DNA of 64,000 nt, taken from positions 23,158 to 87,157 of the forward strand of contig JBAYVT010000002.1 of the NCBI GenBank assembly GCA_041674405.1, read 5' to 3'. Below the pieces are notes generated by a model that was not told the origin of the DNA, ran no database searches, and saw nothing but the letters and a program-made list of their open reading frames with translations. This stretch comes from Patescibacteria group bacterium (GTDB lineage Bacteria > Patescibacteriota > UBA1384 > XYA2-FULL-43-10). Positions 50,711 to 63,006 of the stretch are shown here, one piece after another; within the stretch, counting starts at the first letter, position 1; every line of letters begins with the position of its first letter. Both the position numbers and the translations under genes were made by a program.

Positions 50711-50721
50711 AGTACAAAATT

Positions 50722-53438
<2,717 letters not shown>

Positions 53439-53445
53439 AGCCGTA

Positions 53446-54348
53446 TTATACGCTCATCTTGTTAAGCGCAGCAATTCTTTCTGAAATCGGCGGATGGGTG
53501 GAAAATATTTTTTGAAAATACGATTCTTTCTTTCCAAACGGATCAGAAATATAAAGATGAGCGGTGGCACCGGAAACTTTTCGCATTGGGCGTGAATATC
53601 CGCCAATCTTTTTTAATGCTCCCGCCAAACCTTCGGGATAACGGGTCAGAAGTGCTCCGGATGAGTCGGCCAAGAATTCCCGTTTTCTCGAAATTGCCAG
53701 CTGAATTAACGTTGCCGCAATCGGAGCCAAGATTGCTGCCACAAGAGCCACTATTAAGAGAATCGCCTGAAGCTGTCCATCACCCCCCGAATCACGATTT
53801 CTCCCCCCAAAACCAAACCATCGCGAACGCAGAAACAAGTCTGATAATAAGGTAATGACACCAACCAAAACGACGACAATCATCATAAGGCGTGTGTCAT
53901 AATTGCCAACATGCGATAATTCGTGCGCAATCACACCTTCCAATTCGTTTTTATCAAGGATATCCAAAAGTCCTGTAGTTACTGCCAAAGACGCATGTTT
54001 AGGATCCCGACCAGTGGCAAAAGCATTCGGTGCATCGTCGGAAATGATATAAATCTCCGGCATCGGAAGGCCCGCTGTAATGGTAAGATTTTCAACAATG
54101 CGAAATAATGGCTCATTGCTTTTGCGATTAAGCTTTTGCGCCCCAGATATTGATAATGCAATTTTGTCACCAGAAAAATAACTCAAAAGCCCTTGAATTA
54201 AGGCTATCACAATCGCGAAGTACAGAATAACCGGCGAGTTGAAAGCATAAGAAAAAACAAAACCAAGAGCAATGACAATAACAACGAAGAATAACAAAAG
54301 TATTCCCGACCTCCATTTATTGGTATCGATGTTTTGATAGATTGTCAT
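53446..54348 (-). CDS. htpX: M48 protease HtpX
   Basis: HELSHVGNYD HExxH, four TM helices. Confidence 0.85.
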   Translation of the reverse strand: MTIYQNIDTNKWRSGILLLFFVVIVIALGFVFSYAFNSPVILYFAIVIALIQGLLSYFSGDKIALSISGAQKLNRKSNEPLFRIVENLTITAGLPMPEIYIISDDAPNAFATGRDPKHASLAVTTGLLDILDKNELEGVIAHELSHVGNYDTRLMMIVVVLVGVITLLSDLFLRSRWFGFGGRNRDSGGDGQLQAILLIVALVAAILAPIAATLIQLAISRKREFLADSSGALLTRYPEGLAGALKKIGGYSRPMRKVSGATAHLYISDPFGKKESYFQKIFSTHPPISERIAALNKMSV

Positions 54349-54354
54349 TACGAC

Positions 54355-54657
54355 CTAAAAAATTATGTGTTCAATTTTTTTGCCAACAACAGGAAGAGGT
54401 TTGATTTGGCCTTTTAGGGCTGCAATTATTCCAAGAATCATAACTACAAGGTTGAAAAGTGCCAAAATCGGGCCGAGAACCCAACCTATCAGCGGGATAG
54501 CCAGCACAAAAGGAACCGCTGCCCACAAAAGAAGCAGGACCGTCCCTTGCTTTGCGTGATAAAAGACATAATCGTCATCACGATAAAATAAGAGTGGAAT
54601 TACAACTAAAATTAGCAGATAACAAAGAACAGCAGCCATAATGCTAGTCTTTCTCAA
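54355..54657 (-). CDS. DUF4870-like small membrane protein
   Basis: YHAKQG motif between TM helices. Confidence 0.45.
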   Translation of the reverse strand: MRKTSIMAAVLCYLLILVVIPLLFYRDDDYVFYHAKQGTVLLLLWAAVPFVLAIPLIGWVLGPILALFNLVVMILGIIAALKGQIKPLPVVGKKIEHIIF

Positions 54658-54684
54658 GGTAGCCTCCCGCTAAATTACAAAAAA

Positions 54685-55026
54685 TTATTTAATCAAGCGA
54701 ATTGCAAATGGATATTTGTAATCTTCACCTTTGGATACGGCAACAGCAGCCATGATGCAGAAGATCAAGTTGACGATCGCGACCGCTGAAACGATCAAAG
54801 TTCCGATCAAGATTATTGTCAAAATCCATCCAATGATATAGCCGATAAGCACCGTAATTTGGAAATTCAAAGCTTCCTTGGCTTGGTTTTTGACATAACC
54901 CTCTTCCGGTTTTGTAAGATAAATTACAAGCGGACCAATAAACCCGATTACAATACCTAAAACATGTGCCAAAATTGCAAGAGTATTATCTTCGCTCTTG
55001 CTTGGCGCTGGTTTTTCTTCTGGCAT
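54685..55026 (-). CDS. DUF4870-like small membrane protein (paralogue)
   Basis: LAILAHVLGIVIGFIGPLVIYL...YVKNQAKEALNFQI. Confidence 0.5.
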   Translation of the reverse strand: MPEEKPAPSKSEDNTLAILAHVLGIVIGFIGPLVIYLTKPEEGYVKNQAKEALNFQITVLIGYIIGWILTIILIGTLIVSAVAIVNLIFCIMAAVAVSKGEDYKYPFAIRLIK

Positions 55027-55052
55027 ACAAACTCCCTTAAATTATTTAATAT

Positions 55053-55613
55053 TTAGCTAAAATTAACCTTAGCTGGCTGTTTCTCCGCTTCATTCTCAAC
55101 TTCAAATAATTCCTTAGACTTAAAGCCAAACATCGAAGCAATAATGTTCGAGGGGAAACTTTGGATAGCAATGTTTAGTTCGCGAACATTGCCATTGTAA
55201 AACCTGCGGGCAGCCTGAATTTTATCTTCTGTGTCTGTAAGCTCGTCCTGCAGTTTGCCAAAGTTTTCATTGGCTTTGAGCTGTGGGTAGTTTTCAGCAA
55301 TTGCGAAAATTGATTTAAGGGCTTCGGAAATTTGATTTTCCGCCTTACCCTTTTCCGTAAGATTTCCAGCTTTAAGCGCATCTGCACGTGCCTTGGTCAC
55401 ATTTTCAAAAACTTCTTTTTCATGTTTTTCGTAACCTTTGACTGTTTCGACTAAGTTGGGAATCAGGTCATACCTACGTTTCAACTGAACATCAATATCA
55501 CTCCACGCCTCTTCGGATCGAACTTTCAAGGTAACAAGCTTGTTGTAGCCAGCAATCAAAGCAATAAGTATTATTGCTACGATTATAATTATGATCCAAA
55601 CAGCTATCGACAT
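55053..55613 (-). CDS. lemA: LemA family protein
   Basis: N-terminal TM, then YNKLV...RRYDLIPNLV...RRFYNGNVRELN. Confidence 0.8.
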   Translation of the reverse strand: MSIAVWIIIIIVAIILIALIAGYNKLVTLKVRSEEAWSDIDVQLKRRYDLIPNLVETVKGYEKHEKEVFENVTKARADALKAGNLTEKGKAENQISEALKSIFAIAENYPQLKANENFGKLQDELTDTEDKIQAARRFYNGNVRELNIAIQSFPSNIIASMFGFKSKELFEVENEAEKQPAKVNFS

Positions 55614-55671
55614 AATATTCCTTTTTTATGAACTTCGTTCTACAGACTCATAACTCAATATGCCTTAACTC

Positions 55672-58053
55672 TCAATTATTATACACATAATGCAAGTATA
55701 TGTCACCAGATTTTGTTATTTCTTTGTCATTTAAATTCTCGAATCGGGCTGAAAGCCGGAATGTTTTACCATCAGATACATAGCCATAAAACCAGCCCTC
55801 AGACGATTTTGGATCTGCCGGAATCACATCGATATAAGTTGGCACAATTGCCTTTTCGACTAGATTGCCAGCCGTATTTATATTAAGCAAGGCCGAAGAT
55901 ATCGGATATTTACCATATTTTTGCTTATAAGCTTCAAGACCGCCTTTGATTTTGGCAAGATCTGATCTGCGTAAATTGTCATTTGTTTCTGCCGTTGACG
56001 CTTGTGCGTTGCTTGAAGACCCGTAAGTGCTGCCAGGGGTAGTATCCGAGCTTGATGATGAAGAACTCGTTGCAATTTCTATTTTATCACCAAGGCTTGG
56101 TATCGTAATGGTATTTTCTACATCGTAACCGGAAAAGTCTATATTTATCTCAGCCCGTGTTACAGAAGAAGAAATAGATGGGATGATAATCAGGTCAGCT
56201 TTGTGTATGAGATGGTCTGAAATTCCAATCCAAATATTGCCATCGATTTTTTGTACCATTTCACTCTTTATCCCTAATTTATCAAATATTCCGCCGATTT
56301 CAAGTTTGTCTATCTGGTAATTGTAACATCGTACTCCTCCGATTTTCTCGTTAGCAACACGGCTACCAATGATGGAAAAACCTTGGTCTGGTTTGGCTGC
56401 ATAGAATTGGGACATAGCATTTCCACTATCTGCCAGTGCCGAAAGTTTATAATCAAGCCACTTGTTCGGGTCTGCTTTTTCGTTAAATTTTATATCACTT
56501 CCCGCTTTAACATATAAATCGTTGGCTGAATTCAACAAAGAAATTTTGCTGTCTGATCCTACTAATTTTTTAACTGTGATGTCCAGAGAGAATGCATTTT
56601 TGTTGGACGAACCAGAAAACGTAAAATCCAGCTGCTTTACTGTGGTTTCTTGTGATTGGTAGCTTGGATAAGAAGACTGGTCCCCTAAATTAGTTGTGGA
56701 ATTGGTGGCAGAATTATTTGCCGAATTTGAATTGTCCGTTGCGGAGTCAACAGATGGTGTAGAAGAATATGACGAACTACCATAAATATCGGATGCTGTA
56801 GAATCCGTGCTCGTCGAAGAATCACCAGAATAATAGCTTTCGTATTGGGCCAATACTCCGGAAATTGAATTGCTTATTTCGCTGTCAGATAGTGCATAAG
56901 GAAGGGCAATGGCCGACACAAGCGGCGAGGTTATGTTTGAATTTATTGTTTTATTGACGGTCAGAGACAAGGTTCCGGACATTTTAAAATTCGGATGATT
57001 TTGATTGTTGGCAACTGCTATTGCTAGAGCTTTTTCTGGATTTTTTGGCAGGCCACCCCACAAGTTCTCAAGGCCAATAGCACCATAAATATTTTCGAGC
57101 CCCAATGACATTACGCCGGCTTCGGTTAAAAACGTGACCGCCACAATCAACAGAATTGCGCACGAAGTAATTACAAAAGCCGGCCTTTTCAAAAGGGGTG
57201 GTTTACTGCTTTTGGCAAACTGGGGAGCTGCACCCACCTGCTTAGCACCCGATTGCATAGGTTTCACAGGCGCACCGGAAACAGAAGGCATTTTTGCGTA
57301 TGGCGGAACAGCAGCCGTTGTATTATTCGTCTTTGCTTGGCTGGGATTTACCGGTAACGTTGGCAAAACCGGCTCACCCACGGGCTTTTCGGAAGAAGGT
57401 TTGCGTTTTTTAAAAAATCCAAATATACCGGCCTTCTTGGGCTTGTTAATAGATGGCATATCCGAAGAAACCGGCTTATTAATTTCCGGCTGCTTGATAT
57501 CACTTAGAGAATTATTTGTAGTTTTTTGGGTATTGACCGGTTGTTGAGGCAGTGGCGGCATTGCCGCATCTTCCAATTGTTTTCCATCAGGCGTCGATAA
57601 ATCAATAACCGGTGGCGAGGATTTTTCTTGGGGCAAATTTTCAGTAACATCGGGCTTGCTTGCATTTTCGACAATCTGATTTCCAGCAGGATCAATCTTT
57701 GGTTGTGGTTGCTCTAAAAGAGGGCCAACGGGCGTAGTTTCTGGTTTAGCCATTTCGGCTGTTTCGGTTGCCTTTTTGGAGGCTACTTCTGGTGCAGTAT
57801 TTGGTTTATTTGCCGGCACAGAAGCTTGGTCATTGGCAGCAACAGACGAAGCAGGAATTTTTTTGCCAACCTGCTCGTCAATCTCCTTGGGAATGTTAAA
57901 AGGAACGGGTTTTTCCTCCGGTTCATTAGAAACATTTTCATTATCCAATGTTCCGACAATTTTGGGCTTATTTCCTTCTTCGGGAAGATCAACTGGGTCG
58001 TCCCAGGGACTGCCTCCGGTTCCCGAAGCGGTATTTGTATCGTCTAGGTCCAT
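55672..58053 (-). CDS. Large bitopic surface protein: disordered N-terminal region, one TM, S/T-rich ectodomain, pseudopilin-like C-terminal domain
   Basis: 793 aa. TM at about residue 300 (FVITSCAILLIVAVTFL). C-terminus DLAKIKGGLEAYKQKYGKYP...DPK...YGYVSDGKTFRL resembles the GspG / type IV pilin globular domain. Confidence 0.55.
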   Translation of the reverse strand: MDLDDTNTASGTGGSPWDDPVDLPEEGNKPKIVGTLDNENVSNEPEEKPVPFNIPKEIDEQVGKKIPASSVAANDQASVPANKPNTAPEVASKKATETAEMAKPETTPVGPLLEQPQPKIDPAGNQIVENASKPDVTENLPQEKSSPPVIDLSTPDGKQLEDAAMPPLPQQPVNTQKTTNNSLSDIKQPEINKPVSSDMPSINKPKKAGIFGFFKKRKPSSEKPVGEPVLPTLPVNPSQAKTNNTTAAVPPYAKMPSVSGAPVKPMQSGAKQVGAAPQFAKSSKPPLLKRPAFVITSCAILLIVAVTFLTEAGVMSLGLENIYGAIGLENLWGGLPKNPEKALAIAVANNQNHPNFKMSGTLSLTVNKTINSNITSPLVSAIALPYALSDSEISNSISGVLAQYESYYSGDSSTSTDSTASDIYGSSSYSSTPSVDSATDNSNSANNSATNSTTNLGDQSSYPSYQSQETTVKQLDFTFSGSSNKNAFSLDITVKKLVGSDSKISLLNSANDLYVKAGSDIKFNEKADPNKWLDYKLSALADSGNAMSQFYAAKPDQGFSIIGSRVANEKIGGVRCYNYQIDKLEIGGIFDKLGIKSEMVQKIDGNIWIGISDHLIHKADLIIIPSISSSVTRAEINIDFSGYDVENTITIPSLGDKIEIATSSSSSSSDTTPGSTYGSSSNAQASTAETNDNLRRSDLAKIKGGLEAYKQKYGKYPISSALLNINTAGNLVEKAIVPTYIDVIPADPKSSEGWFYGYVSDGKTFRLSARFENLNDKEITKSGDIYLHYVYNN

Positions 58054-58117
58054 TACCCCTCACTGCTAATCATGCATATTATAAGATTAATCGCACCTAA
58101 GAACAAGCCTTGGCGGT

Positions 58118-58552
58118 TCATTTCAATTCAATTTTAACCATAAGCTCAAATTCTTTTCCTCCAATAACGATTTTTACCGAATGATCCCCTTCGTCTTTGA
58201 GCGCCCCCTTTAAGTTAACTTTTTCTGCGTGTATTTGATATTTTTCGGCAAGCTCGTCTTCTATTTTCTTGGCATTTATGCCGGTATAGGCTTTTTTACC
58301 CTTTTCCGCTTTAAGGACAAAGTTCAAATTTAAATTTTGAATTGATTCCGCCAAATCTTTCGAACGGCTTTCGTCTTCCTCTTTCTCTTTGTTTATAAGA
58401 TATTCTGATTCCAATTTTTTGGCACGTGAATCAGTAGCATAAAATGCCAGCCCTTTTGGAATCAGATAATTTCGCGCAAATCCCGGCTTAACATTCCTGC
58501 GCTCTCCCAACTCCCCTATACCTTCTAATTTCTTGGTAAAAATTACTTCCAT
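58118..58552 (-). CDS. rplI: 50S ribosomal protein L9
   Basis: MEVIFTKKLEGIGELGERRNVKPGFARNYLIPKGLA. Confidence 0.85.
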   Translation of the reverse strand: MEVIFTKKLEGIGELGERRNVKPGFARNYLIPKGLAFYATDSRAKKLESEYLINKEKEEDESRSKDLAESIQNLNLNFVLKAEKGKKAYTGINAKKIEDELAEKYQIHAEKVNLKGALKDEGDHSVKIVIGGKEFELMVKIELK

Positions 58553-58556
58553 AAAC

Positions 58557-59789
58557 CTACTTCTTTAATAAATATTGTAAAGCACCCGATAAAATATTGT
58601 CGTCTGAAGCATTTGTGTCAGCCTTAATCTCCAAATCCGGCTTAATTCCAACTTTATCAATCGTATTCCCATTCGGCGTAAGCCATTTTGCAATCGTGAC
58701 CTTGATGGCTGAGCCGTCTTTTAGCTCCTCCAGTATTTGTACGCTTCCCTTGCCAAAAGTTGTTGTACCGATGATCTCACCACGCGCTCTGTCCTTAATT
58801 GCGCCAGCCAATATCTCAGCCGCTGAAGCCGATCCATCATTCACCATAACAGCCAAAGGATAATCCTTGAGTGTCGCCCGCCTTATGGTTTTATAATCCT
58901 TCTTCTTGTTGTCTTTTTCAACTTCAGAGACCACATTTCCGCCATCCAAGAAATAGCTGGCGACATCGACTGCACTATCAAGATAACCACCAGGATTGTT
59001 CCTAAGATCCAGAACAATTCCATCGGGTTTATTTTTTAAAATATCATTCGCAATGCCATCAAACAGGTTATTAGTATCATCACCAAATTGTCGGATTGTC
59101 ACATATGCAAATTTCTTGCCATCCAATGTCTTATATTCCAGCGTAACCGATGGAACCGTGATTTTTTCTCTGGTAACCCTGATTGTAATATTTTGATCCT
59201 GTCCAGGCCTCGATAATACTAATGTTACATCCGTGCCGCTTGTTCCTCTGATTTTATCAATCGTGCCTTGGAAGCCGAGATCAAAAGCATTTTGCCCGTC
59301 TACTGAAATTATCACGTCTTTTGCCTTGATTCCGGCTTTCTCCGCCGGAGAGTCAGGGAGAGGGGCAACAATGGTTAAGGAGTTATTTACTTCGGTAACC
59401 TCCACGCCGATCCCTTCAAATTGTCCGGACATATCTTCTTGAAATTTTTTGTTTTCCTCTGGGGTAAAGTACACGGTATAAGGATCATTTAGCGAATTTA
59501 GCATGCCTGAAATTGCGCCATAAACAAGGTTTTGGGGATTTATTGTATCAACCGAGTCTTGATTCAATTTGTTCCAAGCATCCCAAAAAGTTGAAAAATC
59601 GACATTTGCCGGCTTACCGGTATCGGTATTTACTACACTCGCCGGAACAAAGGGAATGTTAAGATCGATGCCCTTTTTCCCGGTGGTATATCCCGATATA
59701 AAAGCGCCCGATAGTACGATTATCAGGACAAGAAAATACAACAAACATTTAGCCCAAATTTGTTTAGGCCATTTTTTCTTTATTTTCAT
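58557..59789 (-). CDS. ctpA: S41 C-terminal processing protease with PDZ
   Basis: PDZ plus S41 core: VMVNDGSASAAEILAGAIKD...TFGKGSVQ. Confidence 0.85.
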   Translation of the reverse strand: MKIKKKWPKQIWAKCLLYFLVLIIVLSGAFISGYTTGKKGIDLNIPFVPASVVNTDTGKPANVDFSTFWDAWNKLNQDSVDTINPQNLVYGAISGMLNSLNDPYTVYFTPEENKKFQEDMSGQFEGIGVEVTEVNNSLTIVAPLPDSPAEKAGIKAKDVIISVDGQNAFDLGFQGTIDKIRGTSGTDVTLVLSRPGQDQNITIRVTREKITVPSVTLEYKTLDGKKFAYVTIRQFGDDTNNLFDGIANDILKNKPDGIVLDLRNNPGGYLDSAVDVASYFLDGGNVVSEVEKDNKKKDYKTIRRATLKDYPLAVMVNDGSASAAEILAGAIKDRARGEIIGTTTFGKGSVQILEELKDGSAIKVTIAKWLTPNGNTIDKVGIKPDLEIKADTNASDDNILSGALQYLLKK

Positions 59790-59847
59790 GAGATAATTGT
59801 AACCAAATTAGTCTGATAAGTCTAATGGGCTAATTGGGAATTTTTGT

Positions 59848-61026
59848 TTAGTAAATGTAGCTATATCCGCCATAGCGTCCAGGATTTACGTTCTCTCGAT
59901 AGCTATACTTGAATTTAGACCAGTTATACTCCGAAACGTCAATCGTCCCGTCTCCATTTATCGCTTGCACAATCGCAACGTGACCGTACGGCATAGAAGT
60001 AGATTTTTGCCAACTAATAATTGCGCCGACACGGGGGGTGGAAGAAACGCTGTATCCTTGGTCGCCAGCAAGAACAGGCCAATTTGCCGCATCTCCATTA
60101 CCAGGCCGAGTATTATGCCAAGCTTTACCTTCCATTACATTAAAATACCATGATGCATATGATGTACATTCTCTCACCAAGAAACCATATCCAGGAGGAT
60201 CTGGGTCTGGAGTGTCTGGTGTAAGATAACAATACGGGTATCCGCCACACCCTTGGTCTTTTACGATCTCTCCTGCTCCTAGTTTTTGGCGCAATGCATA
60301 AATAGCGTCAGAAAGATTATGGATTTCTGATTTTAATGCCTCAACCCGATCTAAATAGCTCTGCTTTTGAGCCAAGGTTCCGGTAAGTAGGGTGTTTTTA
60401 TAACTCTTCTGTGCTGTTATCGAATTGAAATAACTTTCTTTCTGGTCACGCAAACTTTTCAGTTCTGCCATTTTGCTGTCCTGATCGGCTTTTTGTTTTG
60501 AAAGCTCGTCTTTCATTTCATTAATCTTCTCTGTTTCAGTCTGAATTTGTTGTTTGATAGCATCGTAATATTGCTGTTTGGTGACCGCATCAGATAACGT
60601 GCCTGAAGACAAAAGCGCATAAGTCAAGCCTGAATTATCCCCTTCCATATACCACGAAACGACAATGTTATTTAATTTAATTTTTTCTTCATCCAATTTA
60701 TTTTGCTGTTCCTCAATTTGCCTCGCCAGATCATCAATCGTGGTTTGGGTTTCTGTAATCTGATTTTCGGTAGTATCGATTGCATTTTGAGTTGAGGTGA
60801 TTTGACTATTTAGGTTATTTATTTGTGTGTTTATCGCGTCTGCTTGTTTCTGGGCAGTAGCTGCAGCTGCTGCAGCAGCCGCCGCCTGTTGTTGTTTGGC
60901 CGTCTGTTGCTTCTGCAAATCGGATAAAGAGGTTGCCGATGAGGACAAAGGAATCAAAAAAAGCGCAAAACCAAGTATTAGCGATGCGCCCCAAGTGATA
61001 AATTTTTGTATTTTTTCAACCCTCAC
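59848..61026 (-). CDS. Secreted coiled-coil protein with a C-terminal CHAP amidase/peptidase domain (PcsB-like)
   Basis: Signal peptide, a poly-Q/A run, about 230-aa coiled coil, then CHAP: ECTSYASWY (Cys) ... GHVAIV (His). Confidence 0.7.
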   Translation of the reverse strand: MRVEKIQKFITWGASLILGFALFLIPLSSSATSLSDLQKQQTAKQQQAAAAAAAAATAQKQADAINTQINNLNSQITSTQNAIDTTENQITETQTTIDDLARQIEEQQNKLDEEKIKLNNIVVSWYMEGDNSGLTYALLSSGTLSDAVTKQQYYDAIKQQIQTETEKINEMKDELSKQKADQDSKMAELKSLRDQKESYFNSITAQKSYKNTLLTGTLAQKQSYLDRVEALKSEIHNLSDAIYALRQKLGAGEIVKDQGCGGYPYCYLTPDTPDPDPPGYGFLVRECTSYASWYFNVMEGKAWHNTRPGNGDAANWPVLAGDQGYSVSSTPRVGAIISWQKSTSMPYGHVAIVQAINGDGTIDVSEYNWSKFKYSYRENVNPGRYGGYSYIY

Positions 61027-61123
61027 TTATTCTTCTTTCCTGTACATATTATTATACTACTTATCATTTAACTGGTCAAGATATTAATATATGTTTCAAA
61101 GTTTTTTACTTTTGAATTTTGGC

Positions 61124-62032
61124 TTATTTAAGGTATTTCTTAACGGCAACAATCGAACATACAGCGCCAAGTATAACACCAACGGCAAATTGCAAAAATA
61201 TTACCAATCCGAAACTGACCCCAAGATAGCCTTGCCCCATATCAAAACCGCCGAGATAATTTCTAGCAACAGGAATTGTGATTTGAAAAGCCAAATACAA
61301 AAGCAGAGACGCAATTATGGTGGCAGCGATACCATACGCTATACCATCAACTATAAATGGACCGCGGATATACCAATCCGTCGCCCCCACAAGCTTCATG
61401 ATTTCTATTTCTTCCGATCGTGCAAATATTGTTAAGCGGATCGTATTGTAAATAACCAAAACAGAGATCAAGGCAAAAACCAAAGAAAGGCTCCAACCAG
61501 CGATATTCACAAAAGTAGTTATCCTGATAAGTTTGTCGATTAAATCTTTATTTTTGCGGTAAGATAATTCTTTGATCAACGGAGTGTATTCCTGGCTGGA
61601 AAGAAAAGAGTCAATTTTATCCAGATCCTGCGGATCTTCCGTTTTAATCTCTAAACTCCTGGGAAGCGGATTGTCGGCCTGATTGACAATATTTTTGATG
61701 TTTTCATTGTCTTTATTTCTCTCTTGCCAGATTCGCAATGCTTCTTCTTTTGAAACGTAATCTACCGATGTTACCTCCGGCCTGGCACGAATGACTTTTT
61801 GAAGCGCAGTAACCTGATCTTCAGTTGCAGAATCTTGAATATAGGCGACCATGTCGATCCTGTCTTTCAGGTTTTCCGCCATTTTATTTGTGATCACAGA
61901 AAGCGACGCAAATATCGAGATCGTGATAAGCGTAATTACCATAATCAAGGTTGAAGCAAGCGAAAGCCAGCGATTCCGCCAGAGTGAAATCAGAGATGTT
62001 TTAAATATTCGATATATTGTGAGGGTAAACAT
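61124..62032 (-). CDS. ftsX: Cell-division ABC permease-like protein FtsX
   Basis: Four-TM topology with a large first periplasmic loop. Follows ftsE. Confidence 0.75.
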   Translation of the reverse strand: MFTLTIYRIFKTSLISLWRNRWLSLASTLIMVITLITISIFASLSVITNKMAENLKDRIDMVAYIQDSATEDQVTALQKVIRARPEVTSVDYVSKEEALRIWQERNKDNENIKNIVNQADNPLPRSLEIKTEDPQDLDKIDSFLSSQEYTPLIKELSYRKNKDLIDKLIRITTFVNIAGWSLSLVFALISVLVIYNTIRLTIFARSEEIEIMKLVGATDWYIRGPFIVDGIAYGIAATIIASLLLYLAFQITIPVARNYLGGFDMGQGYLGVSFGLVIFLQFAVGVILGAVCSIVAVKKYLK

Positions 62033-62123
62033 ATGTTTCCTTAACCAGTTAAAAAGTTAAAAGTAAAAATTAGTTCAATGCTTAATAATTTTTTACTTGT
62101 AATTTTGAATTTTGATTTTCAAA

Positions 62124-63005
62124 TTAAAGAACGTACTTACCATGTGCCTGGTCCGCCACGATTTTTCCGTCACGCATGGTGATAACCCTCCTCTGCAGAG
62201 CATCAACCACTTCTTTGTCGTGCGTTGCGAGAAGCACGATAGTTCCCTGTCGATTGATTTTGAACAAAAGCTCAATAATTTCCCATGTAGTTACAGGGTC
62301 CAAGTTACCAGTGGGCTCATCAGCGATTAAAAGCCTTGGCTTATGCACAAGCGCTCTTGCGATCGAAACACGCTGTTTTTCACCACCTGATAATTCTTCA
62401 GATAGAGCCTTAATTCTCGAAGTCAATCCGACAATTTCAATAATTTTTGGTACTTTGTCTTCGATTTCTGCCCTGGTCGCCCCAGCCACCTCTAGAGCAA
62501 AAGCGACATTTTCATATACGGTCTTTTTTGGAAGCAATTTGAAATCTTGAAATATCACCCCGACCTTTCTGCGATAATAAGGTAAATCCCTTTTTTTAAG
62601 CTGCAAGATGTCTCGGCCGGCAACGATAATTCGTCCCGAAGTCGGATCTTCTTCTCTCGTCAAAAGCCTGATCAGGGTCGATTTGCCAGCCCCGGATGGC
62701 CCAACCAAAGATATGAATTCACCTAAAAAAACTTTGAAGGATACATCGTCCACTGCAACAATATTGCCAGGATAAGTCTTGCACACATTGATAAATTCAA
62801 TCACTGCTTCTGGTGAATTTTTTTTGGCTTTATTGCCTGGATCTGATTTTTTTTCATCAACAGAATCATTTTCTGGAACGTCTTTGGGCGGTTTAGGCAT
62901 CAGATCTTGTCCTTCAGGCTTCTCTGAGGATTTATCATGAGGCGCTTTTGTTTGAGTCTCGGAATCTGCCTTTTTATCAATTTTTGGTTTCAAAATATCC
63001 TGCAT
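62124..63005 (-). CDS. ftsE: Cell-division ATP-binding protein FtsE with a roughly 70-aa disordered N-terminal extension
   Basis: GPSGAGKSTLIRLL, LSGGEKQRVSIARAL, LLIADEPTGNLD. Confidence 0.85.
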   Translation of the reverse strand: MQDILKPKIDKKADSETQTKAPHDKSSEKPEGQDLMPKPPKDVPENDSVDEKKSDPGNKAKKNSPEAVIEFINVCKTYPGNIVAVDDVSFKVFLGEFISLVGPSGAGKSTLIRLLTREEDPTSGRIIVAGRDILQLKKRDLPYYRRKVGVIFQDFKLLPKKTVYENVAFALEVAGATRAEIEDKVPKIIEIVGLTSRIKALSEELSGGEKQRVSIARALVHKPRLLIADEPTGNLDPVTTWEIIELLFKINRQGTIVLLATHDKEVVDALQRRVITMRDGKIVADQAHGKYVL

Positions 63006-63006
63006 A

